IMG/VR virus record: IMGVR_UViG_3300036851_000303 | Coordinates: 1 to 52,764 of that record | Strand: one strand, 5' to 3' | Source: a virus | Taxonomy: Duplodnaviria > Caudoviricetes | Length of the DNA: 52,764 bases | Shown: positions 1 to 7,988 of the stretch, one piece after another | How positions within the stretch are numbered: the stretch's first letter is position 1 | How the letters are laid out: every line of letters begins with the position of its first letter | Position numbers and translations under genes: made by a program | Notes under the pieces: generated by a model | What the model saw: only the letters and a program-made list of their open reading frames with translations | Databases searched by the model: none | Told to the model about the DNA's origin: nothing

Positions 1-127
1 GGGGCGCCAGCTCTGGAATTGGTCGGGCGCCCCGAGGAAGTGTGGCGGAGGGAGGAGGTCGATCACACCGCCTCCTTCAACTGTTCCAACCCCACCGCCA
101 CCGTAGACCGTCTTCGCGGCTTGGAGC
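1..127. repeat. 127-bp terminal direct repeat (copy 1; circular assembly overlap)
   Basis: Identical to 52638-52764. The helicase start codon and the 63..515 stop codon read through the junction. Confidence 0.95.
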
Positions 128-515
128 ACGGCCGCTTACAAAACGTCGTCATCCCGGTCGGACTCTTCACACTCCTTCTCGGGATGAACGTCTTGCCACA
201 GGTAGGGCATACCGCCGTCTCCGGCAACCGCAGCGTCGCCCCGACTCGGTTCTGCGGCTCCGGTAGCGGCCTTGGCGGCTCAACCCCGACCTCGTTGTAG
301 AACTTGGCTTGGACGTACTGCCATTCGCGGTACATCACCAGTGCCTTGCGAAACCTGACTGCAGTCCCCCCGGTATCCGGGTGCGCTGCCGCGAGCCGCA
401 GCCTCCACGCCCGCCACTGACGTAGGAACTCCGCGTCGTGTACCGAGAGGTAGATGGTGCAGTTGTTTTGCTTCACCACACTCGGTCGGCCGTTGTAGGT
501 CGGAATGAGTTCCAT
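63..515 (-). CDS. J-domain-like (HPD) protein with C-terminal Cys4 zinc finger
   Basis: RLRLAAAHPDTGGTAVRFRKA resembles DnaJ helix II-HPD-helix III. CPTC...CKRPC follows. Its stop overlaps the helicase GTG on the circle. Confidence 0.6.
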   Translation of the reverse strand: MELIPTYNGRPSVVKQNNCTIYLSVHDAEFLRQWRAWRLRLAAAHPDTGGTAVRFRKALVMYREWQYVQAKFYNEVGVEPPRPLPEPQNRVGATLRLPETAVCPTCGKTFIPRRSVKSPTGMTTFCKRPCSKPRRRSTVAVGLEQLKEAV

Positions 516-540
516 CGCTTATTGTGATGTGGGGAGATTG

Positions 541-774
541 CTACTCGGGCGAATTGCCAGCTGTCGCCGCAGCGACCGGATTCGGCTCACGCATTGCGAC
601 CCGGCCCCGACCGCCGCGCGACACCTGGCCCCCCTTGCGACCGGCGATCCGGGCTTCTTCGGGTGTCCACTCGTGGGCGTTGCCTTTCTGGTGGGCGGCA
701 CGACCCCCCTTGGCTGCGATCTCCCGTTGCTTGTCTCGACTCATTGACGCAAATCCGCGGTCACGTACGCTCAT
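541..774 (-). CDS. KGG-repeat general stress protein
   Basis: RGFASMSRDKQREIAAKGG...AHEWTPEEARIAGRKGG is the stress-induced KGG motif. AGGAGG RBS upstream. Confidence 0.85.
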   Translation of the reverse strand: MSVRDRGFASMSRDKQREIAAKGGRAAHQKGNAHEWTPEEARIAGRKGGQVSRGGRGRVAMREPNPVAAATAGNSPE

Positions 775-812
775 TGTCTGTTCCTCCTTTGTTATCTAGG
801 CCTGTGGGGCAA

Positions 813-935
813 TCATTTCAGCCACAGAATCATGGCACCGGCAATAATCATTGTTACGATGAACCCGAGATAGACCCATCCACTGTGCTGCTCCGTGTCG
901 GGCGGGTTGTCATTGCCGCGCAAGATGCTACTCAC
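813..935 (-). CDS. small single-TM membrane protein (40 aa, not in ORF track)
   Basis: GTG 935 overlaps the upstream TGA. Translates MSSILRGNDNPPDTEQHSGWVYLGFIVTMIIAGAMILWLK. Confidence 0.6.
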   Translation of the reverse strand: MSSILRGNDNPPDTEQHSGWVYLGFIVTMIIAGAMILWLK

Positions 936-1240
936 GGCTCTCGCTCCGCACCACCTGTCAGTGATTCGTCAGGATCGGCTTGCTTGACGTGCTTGCCGGC
1001 AACCCGCGCCGCATCCACCTCGTAAATCTTGACGTGCGTGCCGACTTCCCAGTACCGCTTGCAGTGGGGACACTGGAAAAAGTAGAAGAAATCGCCGTCG
1101 AAGTGGCAATGCGCCCCGCACGCACAGTGGATGTCGCAGCACACGTCGGTGCCCTTCCACTGAATCCAGATGTGGGGCTGGCCCTCAAATTGGGGGCTTT
1201 CAATATCGAGATGTGAAGGCGGATGTTTGTAGTCGCTCAT
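932..1240 (-). CDS. Cys/His-rich hypothetical protein (zinc-binding)
   Basis: IQWKGTDVCCDIHCACG...CPHC. ATG 1240 overlaps the upstream TGA. Confidence 0.7.
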   Translation of the reverse strand: MSDYKHPPSHLDIESPQFEGQPHIWIQWKGTDVCCDIHCACGAHCHFDGDFFYFFQCPHCKRYWEVGTHVKIYEVDAARVAGKHVKQADPDESLTGGAEREP

Positions 1241-1449
1241 TTGGCTCGCTCCGCACCACCAGGAGAGATTGAAATAACCGACGGCGCCGCGAATCGCAGA
1301 AGCGCGCCGCAAATGGGACAGCATCCGCCGTGAAGCTGCTGCGACACTGAGCCCGGAAAGACGAATACGCCACAGCGACAATGACGGCCGATCCGGCGAA
1401 TCCGCCGCTCGGTGATAGCCCGCCGTAGGCCGACACGCGGAATCTTCAT
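1237..1449 (-). CDS. small zinc-ribbon hypothetical protein
   Basis: AGGA RBS, CRCG...CPICG. Confidence 0.5.
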   Translation of the reverse strand: MKIPRVGLRRAITERRIRRIGRHCRCGVFVFPGSVSQQLHGGCCPICGALLRFAAPSVISISPGGAERAK

Positions 1450-1471
1450 GGCTGTCCTTCCTGCTTCTCGC

Positions 1472-2014
1472 TCATGCCGCGTCACCAGGAGAGGGGGGTA
1501 AAGGCATCCAATGGGTGGGCTCTGGCTCATGTTCCCGTCGAAGCCTCCCGTAAAGCACCCAATCGTTATCCGTATGAAAGTAACCAACCGTGAACCGATG
1601 ACGCCCGGCGTAGGGCACGGCCAGCAGCACCGTTTGTGGACCGACATATGTTGCTATCGGCAACCACGGGCCGATCCCGGCCTGGGGGGACGCCTGAGGT
1701 TTGGTTCCGTGGCTGGGATCGATAAAGCATGCCGCAATGTGCCCCGTGTCTTGATGCAGTTCAGGCGCGATGCACCAATCGGGTTCCTGTGGGGCCTGGG
1801 GGGCCGCAAGGGCGGCTTCCTGGAGCATTCGTTCCAACTCCTTCAGAACCGACGGTGTGATAGACGGGCTGTTGCCGACATGCTGCCCGCCCTTGCCGCG
1901 TGCCTCGATCAGTGCCCGTTCACGAGACACGAACTGCGACAAACGCTCGATCAACTGGGCCTGCCGCTGGGCCGTCATAGGGATCACAGAAGGGATCACA
2001 CCCTTGTCGGACAT
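1472..2014 (-). CDS. hypothetical protein with DUF551-like C-terminus
   Basis: C-terminal PTHWMPLP motif. The start may instead be ATG 1978. Confidence 0.6.
   Translation of the reverse strand: MSDKGVIPSVIPMTAQRQAQLIERLSQFVSRERALIEARGKGGQHVGNSPSITPSVLKELERMLQEAALAAPQAPQEPDWCIAPELHQDTGHIAACFIDPSHGTKPQASPQAGIGPWLPIATYVGPQTVLLAVPYAGRHRFTVGYFHTDNDWVLYGRLRREHEPEPTHWMPLPPSPGDAA
1980..2003 (+). repeat. integrase arm-type sites, left of core (GGGATCACAGAAGGGATCACACCC)
   Basis: Tandem GGATCACA pair, nearly identical to 2187-2210, flanking the tRNA-like core. Confidence 0.7.
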
Positions 2015-2059
2015 TCAATCCCCCCAGACAACATTAGCGCGTACCCGCCCCCCGCGTTG

Positions 2060-2109
2060 CCTGCCTTGGGCGCAGGGGGTCGCTGGTTCGAATCCAGTCG
2101 CCCCGACCA
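2060..2109 (+). mobile_element. attP core: 3' half of tRNA-Pro(TGG)
   Basis: Anticodon arm CCTGC-CTTGGGC-GCAGG, T-arm GCTGG-TTCGAAT-CCAGT, and CGCCCCGACCA end. No 5' half or D-arm. Lies 300 bp downstream of int. Confidence 0.9.
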
Positions 2110-2186
2110 AATCACCAGTTTCCCGCGCCAATCGATCACGACCGCCCCACATCAGGATACTGGTGGTTACGGCGGGTTCCGAAAAG

Positions 2187-2210
2187 GGGATCACAGAAAG
2201 GATCACACCC
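2187..2210 (+). repeat. integrase arm-type sites, right of core (GGGATCACAGAAAGGATCACACCC)
   Basis: Direct repeat of 1980-2003 with one mismatch. Confidence 0.7.
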
Positions 2211-2412
2211 GCTCCGGGTCCGTTGGCAGTCCCCGCTTGATGCCCCACAGTAGTTGATACGCCTCTCCGTGGTCCGCGTCGATCTTGATACTCATAGAAC
2301 TGCCTTCGTGGTCCTCACGTTCGAGGAACTGGAGCGCGTGTCCGACATGGGGCGTAACCAATGTGAGATGCGTCTCGCCGTCCACGGCACTGATTTGTAC
2401 CAGAATGTTCAT
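2203..2412 (-). CDS. small hypothetical protein between int and attP
   Basis: ATGA overlap with the int stop; MNILVQISAVDGE... Confidence 0.55.
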   Translation of the reverse strand: MNILVQISAVDGETHLTLVTPHVGHALQFLEREDHEGSSMSIKIDADHGEAYQLLWGIKRGLPTDPERV

Positions 2413-3509
2413 ACCCGCTCGAACGGCACCACGACACTCGTCGCGTCCACCGCCTCCTCCTCCACCCTGACCACCGCTTTCACGCTCGCCCTGATTCCAA
2501 GGTCCACGCGATCCATCGCGTCCCGAAGATCGTCCTTCAGCAGATGTGCGTAATGACGCTCCGTCACCGCGACCCCCGCGTGCCCGAGGATCTTGCTCAA
2601 CTTGTAAATGTCTCCACCGCTTTTCAAGTACCGCCACCCGAATGTGTGCCGCATGGTGTGCGGCCCGAGGTGCGGGATGCCGGCGCGTACCGCCGCCTCG
2701 CGAATCACTTCACGCAACCTCTGAGGGTTCTGCGTCCAGAGCTGCCCATCGTCGTCGAGCTGCTGTTGCAGCATCGGTACCAACTCAGCGGGAATCGGCA
2801 CCGTGCGCGTCTTCGAGAACTTGCCCGTCACACGGACAAAGCGTTGAGGAAGGTTAAGATCCGTCGATGCAATACCCCGGCACTCGTCAAGTCGGACACC
2901 GGTACCGAGAAGAAACAGTACGAAACGCTGGAACCGCGGGGACAGTCGTGCGAGGAGGTTCTTCTGCTCGTCGTCCGTGAGGAGCCGTTCGCGGACGGTG
3001 TACGCTTTGCGCTCGATGCCTTTCCACGGGTTCGTGATCTCGTGCCCATCTTCAATCGCCTGCTGCCACAACGCTTGTAGGAAGCTCCGTTCGCGCTGGA
3101 CCGTGTCCTCGCTGATCTTCCCGGGGGTTTTCCGCTTTGGGTTCGCCTGCACGTCGCCGCGCCGCTTGTTCAGATACCGCAGGCAGTCCGTCTTTTTGAT
3201 CTGGTCGAGCGGTGTACTTGGCCCGAAGAACGGCAGCGCGTGTGCCATGATCTGGCGATCCCGCTCGGGCGCCGCCTTCTGACTGCTGTACGTTTTTTCG
3301 TAGAGCGTCCACCACCCACCCAAGGTAGGTACTGTTTTCGTCCACCCGTGCTTGCCCGAGCGGATCTCCGTTTCGAGTTCGGACGCGCGGTGCGCGGCGG
3401 CGTCCTTTGTCCTCTGAGTCGCCACCGGGAATCCGGTCGACAGACGGTACAGCTCCCCCAGGATCTTCTTCTTGAAGTACCACACGCCGCCTCTTTTGAT
3501 CAGGGCCAC
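2409..3509 (-). CDS. int: tyrosine integrase
   Basis: TGVR, GK, HTMRH, LGH and a catalytic Y (TERHY). GTG 3509 follows an AGGGGG RBS. Adjacent attP. Confidence 0.95.
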   Translation of the reverse strand: MALIKRGGVWYFKKKILGELYRLSTGFPVATQRTKDAAAHRASELETEIRSGKHGWTKTVPTLGGWWTLYEKTYSSQKAAPERDRQIMAHALPFFGPSTPLDQIKKTDCLRYLNKRRGDVQANPKRKTPGKISEDTVQRERSFLQALWQQAIEDGHEITNPWKGIERKAYTVRERLLTDDEQKNLLARLSPRFQRFVLFLLGTGVRLDECRGIASTDLNLPQRFVRVTGKFSKTRTVPIPAELVPMLQQQLDDDGQLWTQNPQRLREVIREAAVRAGIPHLGPHTMRHTFGWRYLKSGGDIYKLSKILGHAGVAVTERHYAHLLKDDLRDAMDRVDLGIRASVKAVVRVEEEAVDATSVVVPFERV

Positions 3510-3693
3510 GACGTTTCCCCCTTTCCATCCAGCGGTCGAGTTCCATTCTGTTGAAGTGAATTCGACCGTCCTCACTGCGAACGAAGGGAATCTTATTCCG
3601 ATGCACCAGCAACTTGATCGCGCCAGGCGTGCGATCGATGTAGCTCGCGCACGTTGTCACGGTGAGCCACATCGGCCACTCGGAAATCGGCAT
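3052..3693 (-). CDS. xis: excisionase-like HTH protein (N-terminal ~60 aa; frame runs on into int)
   Basis: WLTVTTCASYIDRTPGAIKLLVHRNKIPFVR..GRIHFNRMELDRW resembles HTH_17/Xis. Directly upstream of int. Confidence 0.7.
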   Translation of the reverse strand: MPISEWPMWLTVTTCASYIDRTPGAIKLLVHRNKIPFVRSEDGRIHFNRMELDRWMERGKRRGPDQKRRRVVLQEEDPGGAVPSVDRIPGGDSEDKGRRRAPRVRTRNGDPLGQARVDENSTYLGWVVDALRKNVQQSEGGARAGSPDHGTRAAVLRAKYTARPDQKDGLPAVSEQAARRRAGEPKAENPREDQRGHGPARTELPTSVVAAGD

Positions 3694-3695
3694 CT

Positions 3696-4079
3696 TTAGT
3701 TGTCGTCCCGCTTCGACCCCGGCACCAAGGGCACATCGTTCACAGGATCAGGATTCAGCACCACCCCGCGCTGTACCAAACTCCGCCCCTGCTCGTCCGT
3801 GATCTCCAGTTGCTCGAAATTGACCCCGAATGCCCGCCCCGCTTGCGTAATGACCGCGCCTAACCCGATGCCCGCCTGCGCGAGCCGCTTCGTCACTTGT
3901 GCAAACACCACCATCTGGGCCTGCGGACTCTCCAGCCCTTCCGTCCCACCGACCCATGCGTTGTACTTCCGCTCCACGAGCGCAATAATTTCCCTGAGCA
4001 TTCGCTGCTCATCCGGCCCTTGCTCGTGGTCTTCCGGGTTCACGACGCCACCTTCGTCGCTGCCCTTATTCGTCGCCAT
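3696..4079 (-). CDS. hypothetical protein
   Basis: 127-aa ORF packed in the operon, GGAG RBS. Confidence 0.7.
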   Translation of the reverse strand: MATNKGSDEGGVVNPEDHEQGPDEQRMLREIIALVERKYNAWVGGTEGLESPQAQMVVFAQVTKRLAQAGIGLGAVITQAGRAFGVNFEQLEITDEQGRSLVQRGVVLNPDPVNDVPLVPGSKRDDN

Positions 4080-4659
4080 TGGTCAGATTTGCTCCATCCC
4101 CGGCGTCTACTTCTAAGAGATGCTTGAACCGGGTCAGCAGCTCTCGTTCGTACCGGTCCCGCCAGTACCCGGCCGGCATCTCCCTAATCTGATGCCGCAT
4201 TTCGGTGACGATCTTCGCCGCCTCTCCTTGGGCGCCTGTGTTGATGTAGTTCTGGATCTGCCGAGTGGCCGTCTCGAAGATCCCCAGGAACTCGATGTTG
4301 TTCTCCTCGGCGGCGAGCAGATCGCGTATCGCATCGATCCGCCGCATCATTGAGGGGATCTCGGCGCGGCGTTCGAGATCGCGGCAGGCGCGGTCAATCG
4401 CGTACCGCACGATGTCGTTGGTCGAGCGGAAGGGGAACTTCTGACTCCGCAGGACGTTGTTCAGCACGGGCATGTACTGCGGGTGGACGCGCAGGGAGAC
4501 GCGCTCGGAGTGCCCGTGGCTGTCCTTGATGGGGATGAGGAACGAGCGTTCGGTCAGCTCCTCATGTGCAGTTTCGATGCTTGAGCGAACAGAATTGTGA
4601 TCTTCTGATGTGGGGTGATGCGTCCCCCGGAGACGTGGTGTGGCTAGCCCGTTCGCCAT
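4066..4659 (-). CDS. ribbon-helix-helix DNA-binding protein, candidate repressor
   Basis: ERVSLRVHPQYMPVLNNVLRSQKFPFRSTNDIVRYAIDRA fits the RHH strand-helix-helix pattern. Long helical C-terminus. Confidence 0.6.
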   Translation of the reverse strand: MANGLATPRLRGTHHPTSEDHNSVRSSIETAHEELTERSFLIPIKDSHGHSERVSLRVHPQYMPVLNNVLRSQKFPFRSTNDIVRYAIDRACRDLERRAEIPSMMRRIDAIRDLLAAEENNIEFLGIFETATRQIQNYINTGAQGEAAKIVTEMRHQIREMPAGYWRDRYERELLTRFKHLLEVDAGDGANLTNGDE

Positions 4660-4665
4660 AAATCG

Positions 4666-5139
4666 CTACAATCCTTGTGATTCGCGGGGAAGACGCCGAC
4701 GACGCCGGTAAACTCGCGCCCTGAGAGTCGAGTCTGCTGGTCGCACCGTGGGATCGGCCGCGTCGACTGTTCGCAAAGGCTGTGCCACCCGGACCCAATC
4801 CGCCATCTCGAACACCTTGCGACGTTGGCGGATGTGAGCTTCGAGCGTACGATCCAGCCGACCTGCCCGCACCCCGACGTGCTCGAAACGGGGATCTTCC
4901 CCATTTGCGCGCCGGGACCACACGTAGTAGAGCTTGTGCAAGTTCCGCCATTCGTTTCGGGTCCAGCCACCGCGATCGATAGCGGCTTCGAGGCGAAGAA
5001 GGAAGGCACGGGCGGAGGAGTGGTCGCCAGGACCGCATACAGGGGCGGTGCCACCAAGCATGGGCCAGTACGCCGCGGACCAGAAGCCGGGGCGGGTGGT
5101 GCGGTCCTGTTGATCGCCGCGCTCGGCGCAGACGCTCAC
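4666..5139 (-). CDS. hypothetical protein
   Basis: GTGA overlap with the stop of 5136..5603. Confidence 0.55.
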   Translation of the reverse strand: MSVCAERGDQQDRTTRPGFWSAAYWPMLGGTAPVCGPGDHSSARAFLLRLEAAIDRGGWTRNEWRNLHKLYYVWSRRANGEDPRFEHVGVRAGRLDRTLEAHIRQRRKVFEMADWVRVAQPLRTVDAADPTVRPADSTLRARVYRRRRRLPRESQGL

Positions 5140-5603
5140 GAGTTGCGATCCCTGCGACGAAGCCAGTAAGAGCCGACGTCCCCTGTGTGATCGTCGTGTT
5201 TTGAGGCTAGGATCGCTACACACCCAGAGTGCTCAGAGTGCCAGTCGGCGGGCGGGTTGCCCGCCTTGATGTAGCACGCACAGCATTGCGATGGGCCGTT
5301 TGAGTCCCAGTGCCGAGCGGGCTGACCACACTCGCACACGAGCGGGACGCGAAAGCGGTCGCCCGGTTTCACGCTGTCGGTACCGATGGTGATTGCCCCG
5401 GTCCCAACGTTTTTGATCTCGATCTCTCTTGTACTGACTGTCGTACCCGATTGGTTCCCGGGTGGCGGAGATCCCGGGTGCTTCTGTTGTGGGCGCACCT
5501 CCCACTCCATGATCCCCTCGTCAGTCGTCGCAAGCATGATGAACTTGTCACCGCGCTTGGTAATCGCCAGATTAGACAAAGCCCAATTAGACAAGTCCCA
5601 CAT
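5136..5603 (-). CDS. hypothetical protein with Cys-rich C-terminus
   Basis: GAGG RBS; CECG...CCAC. Confidence 0.65.
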   Translation of the reverse strand: MWDLSNWALSNLAITKRGDKFIMLATTDEGIMEWEVRPQQKHPGSPPPGNQSGTTVSTREIEIKNVGTGAITIGTDSVKPGDRFRVPLVCECGQPARHWDSNGPSQCCACYIKAGNPPADWHSEHSGCVAILASKHDDHTGDVGSYWLRRRDRNS

Positions 5604-6462
5604 CCTCTCGATGCTCCGCCGCGTAATTACACCCTCTGAACCGGTTCGCGCGATCGTAGTGCGCCGCGATGTTCAACCCGCAATCCGCGCAGTCCCCGAG
5701 CGCCCCGATACTCGCGGGCGGCTTCCGCAGAATCGGCTGCTCGGGTACCACCGGCTCGTCGTAATCATCCGCCTTGTCCCGCCCGCGGAACAGCGAATTG
5801 CGCGTGTCCCTGAGTACCCGCTTCACCTTCTCCGGTGTGGCGCCCGCATCGAGCATCATCTGCTCAACAACATCCAAGGGTAGTACCGCCGCGTCCGGGT
5901 CGAGGTCGCGTACCCGCCCCCGGAGCTTCCCTGGTCGCAGATTCGGTACCGCCTGCACCGGTCGTGGAGGGACCCCGAAATCGCGTAACGCATCCGCCAC
6001 CAACGCGCGGATGAACGAGCGGAGCTGTGCCTCGTCAATCTGTTGCCCGCTTCCCCTGCCGTTTTCGCCGAGACTCGTGGTGCGTCCCGTAGTAGCAGGT
6101 ACCGCCGGCCCCTCAATCGGACGACCATCCGGCCCAACGCGTACCCCTTCGAGGAAGGGTACCAATGTGCCCGTTCTGACGTCTTCAATGAAGTACCCGC
6201 CCCCGCGGTGTACCAGACTCACCGGGGAGTACTCCGCAATCCTGTTGCGCACCGTCCGTGTCGCCAGTCCCCCTGTTCTCAACGTGTACGTGTGATCTGG
6301 GTGCAGCGTCACCACCGGGGTACCTCTGTACCTCACCTGAATGTCGCCCGCCTCGCCCGCTTCACCAGGCGCCCGCCTAATCTCAGTGCCCCGCCGCTTA
6401 TCGACCTGTACGACCACGCGTCGCCCCAAGCGGCGCAGGATCTCCTCGTAGGTCATTGCCAT
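5587..6462 (-). CDS. hypothetical protein
   Basis: Long ORF, GGAGG RBS before ATG 6462, C-terminal CxxC/H/C. Confidence 0.7.
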   Translation of the reverse strand: MAMTYEEILRRLGRRVVVQVDKRRGTEIRRAPGEAGEAGDIQVRYRGTPVVTLHPDHTYTLRTGGLATRTVRNRIAEYSPVSLVHRGGGYFIEDVRTGTLVPFLEGVRVGPDGRPIEGPAVPATTGRTTSLGENGRGSGQQIDEAQLRSFIRALVADALRDFGVPPRPVQAVPNLRPGKLRGRVRDLDPDAAVLPLDVVEQMMLDAGATPEKVKRVLRDTRNSLFRGRDKADDYDEPVVPEQPILRKPPASIGALGDCADCGLNIAAHYDRANRFRGCNYAAEHREDVGLV

Positions 6463-6569
6463 TCGTGTCCTACCTCCGTACACGTCATAACGCCTTTTGT
6501 AGGAAGATCGAACGTCAAAGTGGGATCTTCCGACGCCTGAGTGACGTTAGGAGCAATCGGTGTACCGGC

Positions 6570-6599
6570 GTAGTGTGACACAACGAGACAGTGTGTCAA
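6570..6599 (-). promoter_or_regulatory. leftward sigma70-like promoter overlapped by inverted repeat TGACACA-N9-TGTGTCA
   Basis: TTGACA (6599-6594) with a weak -10. Inverted repeat arms at 6576-6582 and 6592-6598. Confidence 0.5.
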
Positions 6600-6778
6600 G
6601 AGCGTTCGTAGGGGAGTCGGAGGAGTTCTGCACGCTTCGTACGAGACACGTAGATGTCGGCGAGGTCCGGGTTCGGGCCGGTGAGGAGGTAGAGCAGTGC
6701 CCGCTTCGTAAGTAGGGCCGCCCGCTTCCACCAGGGTAGCTCAGGGGCGAGCAGGGTGCGGAGTACAGCAGGGCGCAT
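6596..6778 (-). CDS. small hypothetical protein
   Basis: AGGAGG upstream, directly after a motif-1 copy. Confidence 0.55.
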   Translation of the reverse strand: MRPAVLRTLLAPELPWWKRAALLTKRALLYLLTGPNPDLADIYVSRTKRAELLRLPYERS

Positions 6779-6842
6779 AGGGGTCTAGATGCCTCCTGTG
6801 ATGTGGGGAGATAGCAAGGGACGGGCCATACTAAGCACGAGC

Positions 6843-7067
6843 CTAGTAACCCTCTCCATCGGAAAGCGGCACCAAAGGGCGCCAGTCATCGATCCGGGTT
6901 GCCCGACGCTGCTGCATTCGGATACTACGGGCCATTGCTTCCCGGTTTGACCAGACCTGGTACATGTCATAGGCCCCTAGGCTACGACCAGCGCGCTTTG
7001 CCGTACGCTCTGGGTGTGGGTGCGCGTAGCCGATGCCGGCCGCGAAGCTCAGTGTGTAACGTCTCAT
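6843..7067 (-). CDS. small hypothetical protein
   Basis: AGAGG RBS, MRRYTLSF... Confidence 0.55.
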   Translation of the reverse strand: MRRYTLSFAAGIGYAHPHPERTAKRAGRSLGAYDMYQVWSNREAMARSIRMQQRRATRIDDWRPLVPLSDGEGY

Positions 7068-7081
7068 GCCCGCCTCTCTTT

Positions 7082-7228
7082 TCAACCGTAGTAGTACCCG
7101 TCGTAATACCCAGCCGCGTACCCCGGCAGCCGGCTCGTGAGCGCCATCGGCGAGGGCGCTAGGCGGAGGTACCGATCCAGTCGCCCGGCGTGGTGCCCGT
7201 CGCGGTAGTAGGCGAGGAGGAGGATCAC
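7082..7228 (-). CDS. small hypothetical protein (GYxxGYxxG tail)
   Basis: GTGA overlap with the upstream stop. Confidence 0.5.
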   Translation of the reverse strand: MILLLAYYRDGHHAGRLDRYLRLAPSPMALTSRLPGYAAGYYDGYYYG

Positions 7229-7659
7229 TCTTCCCAACCGGCCGCGTTGTGCTTGTGGTACCGTCCGTGGCCTTTCGGGAGGGTGCAACGCATTCCCGAT
7301 AATGTGGCGTCGCACTGATCGTCCGTCGTGGTGCCGTCGATGCGGGCGAGCAGGACGCGAGCGTCTGTCTGCCAATCGCCCGGTATGTCCACCTGATCGG
7401 GGTCTGCGTCTGCGATAGCTTGCAGTAGCTCGCGCATCTCCGGCGCGGCTGCAATCAGGCGGGCGTTGGCCTGCCCTTCGGGATGCGTCAACAGGTGGCG
7501 CGTCCAGTCCTCGCGCACTGTGAACACAACGGGATCATTGCAGTGAATCGGCCGATGGTCAGTCACGAGTTGTAAATCGCCTTCATGTGCGCCCGTTCCG
7601 GTATTGACCGTCGTGCGTCCCCAGCTCCACGGCCCCGGCGTATGCTTCGCTGCACTCAT
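7225..7659 (-). CDS. HTPGPW...ANARLIAAAP-type phage protein
   Basis: Both motifs present; a common small phage family of unknown function. Confidence 0.75.
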   Translation of the reverse strand: MSAAKHTPGPWSWGRTTVNTGTGAHEGDLQLVTDHRPIHCNDPVVFTVREDWTRHLLTHPEGQANARLIAAAPEMRELLQAIADADPDQVDIPGDWQTDARVLLARIDGTTTDDQCDATLSGMRCTLPKGHGRYHKHNAAGWEE

Positions 7660-7988
7660 ACTCCCCCCTTCCGTACCGCCTCCAACAATTCCCTGACCCG
7701 TACCGGCACACTGCCCGGTAGCTCCAGATCAATGCCCTTCAGGTACCCCATATCCAGCCACCATTCGACGACTCTGAGCAGCTCGACGCCCGCTTCGTAC
7801 AAACTCGGTGCGCACGCCATCATCCGCCCGTTCGCGTCGTGCTCAGTCGGGAGTGTGTACGGTGTCACATGATCGATGTGCGCCAAAGGAACGGTCAACG
7901 CGCGATCGGCGTAGATCGTTCCGGCGCTGTAGTACCACGGCCCGTGTGTAAATCCGGCCTGATGTGGGGAGATAGGCGTTTGCGCCAT
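7656..7988 (-). CDS. paralog of the HTPGPW/ANARLIAAAP family
   Basis: FTHGPW...DANGRMMACAPSLYEA. Confidence 0.7.
   Translation of the reverse strand: MAQTPISPHQAGFTHGPWYYSAGTIYADRALTVPLAHIDHVTPYTLPTEHDANGRMMACAPSLYEAGVELLRVVEWWLDMGYLKGIDLELPGSVPVRVRELLEAVRKGGV

Noticed and set aside
1-127. Terminal repeat as a biological DTR
   Set aside because: The length of 127 equals a common assembler k-mer and the repeat falls across two coupled genes, so it indicates circular closure only.
2030-2109. Intact phage tRNA-Pro gene
   Set aside because: There is no 5' acceptor strand or D-arm upstream of 2060, so it is better explained as the attP core.
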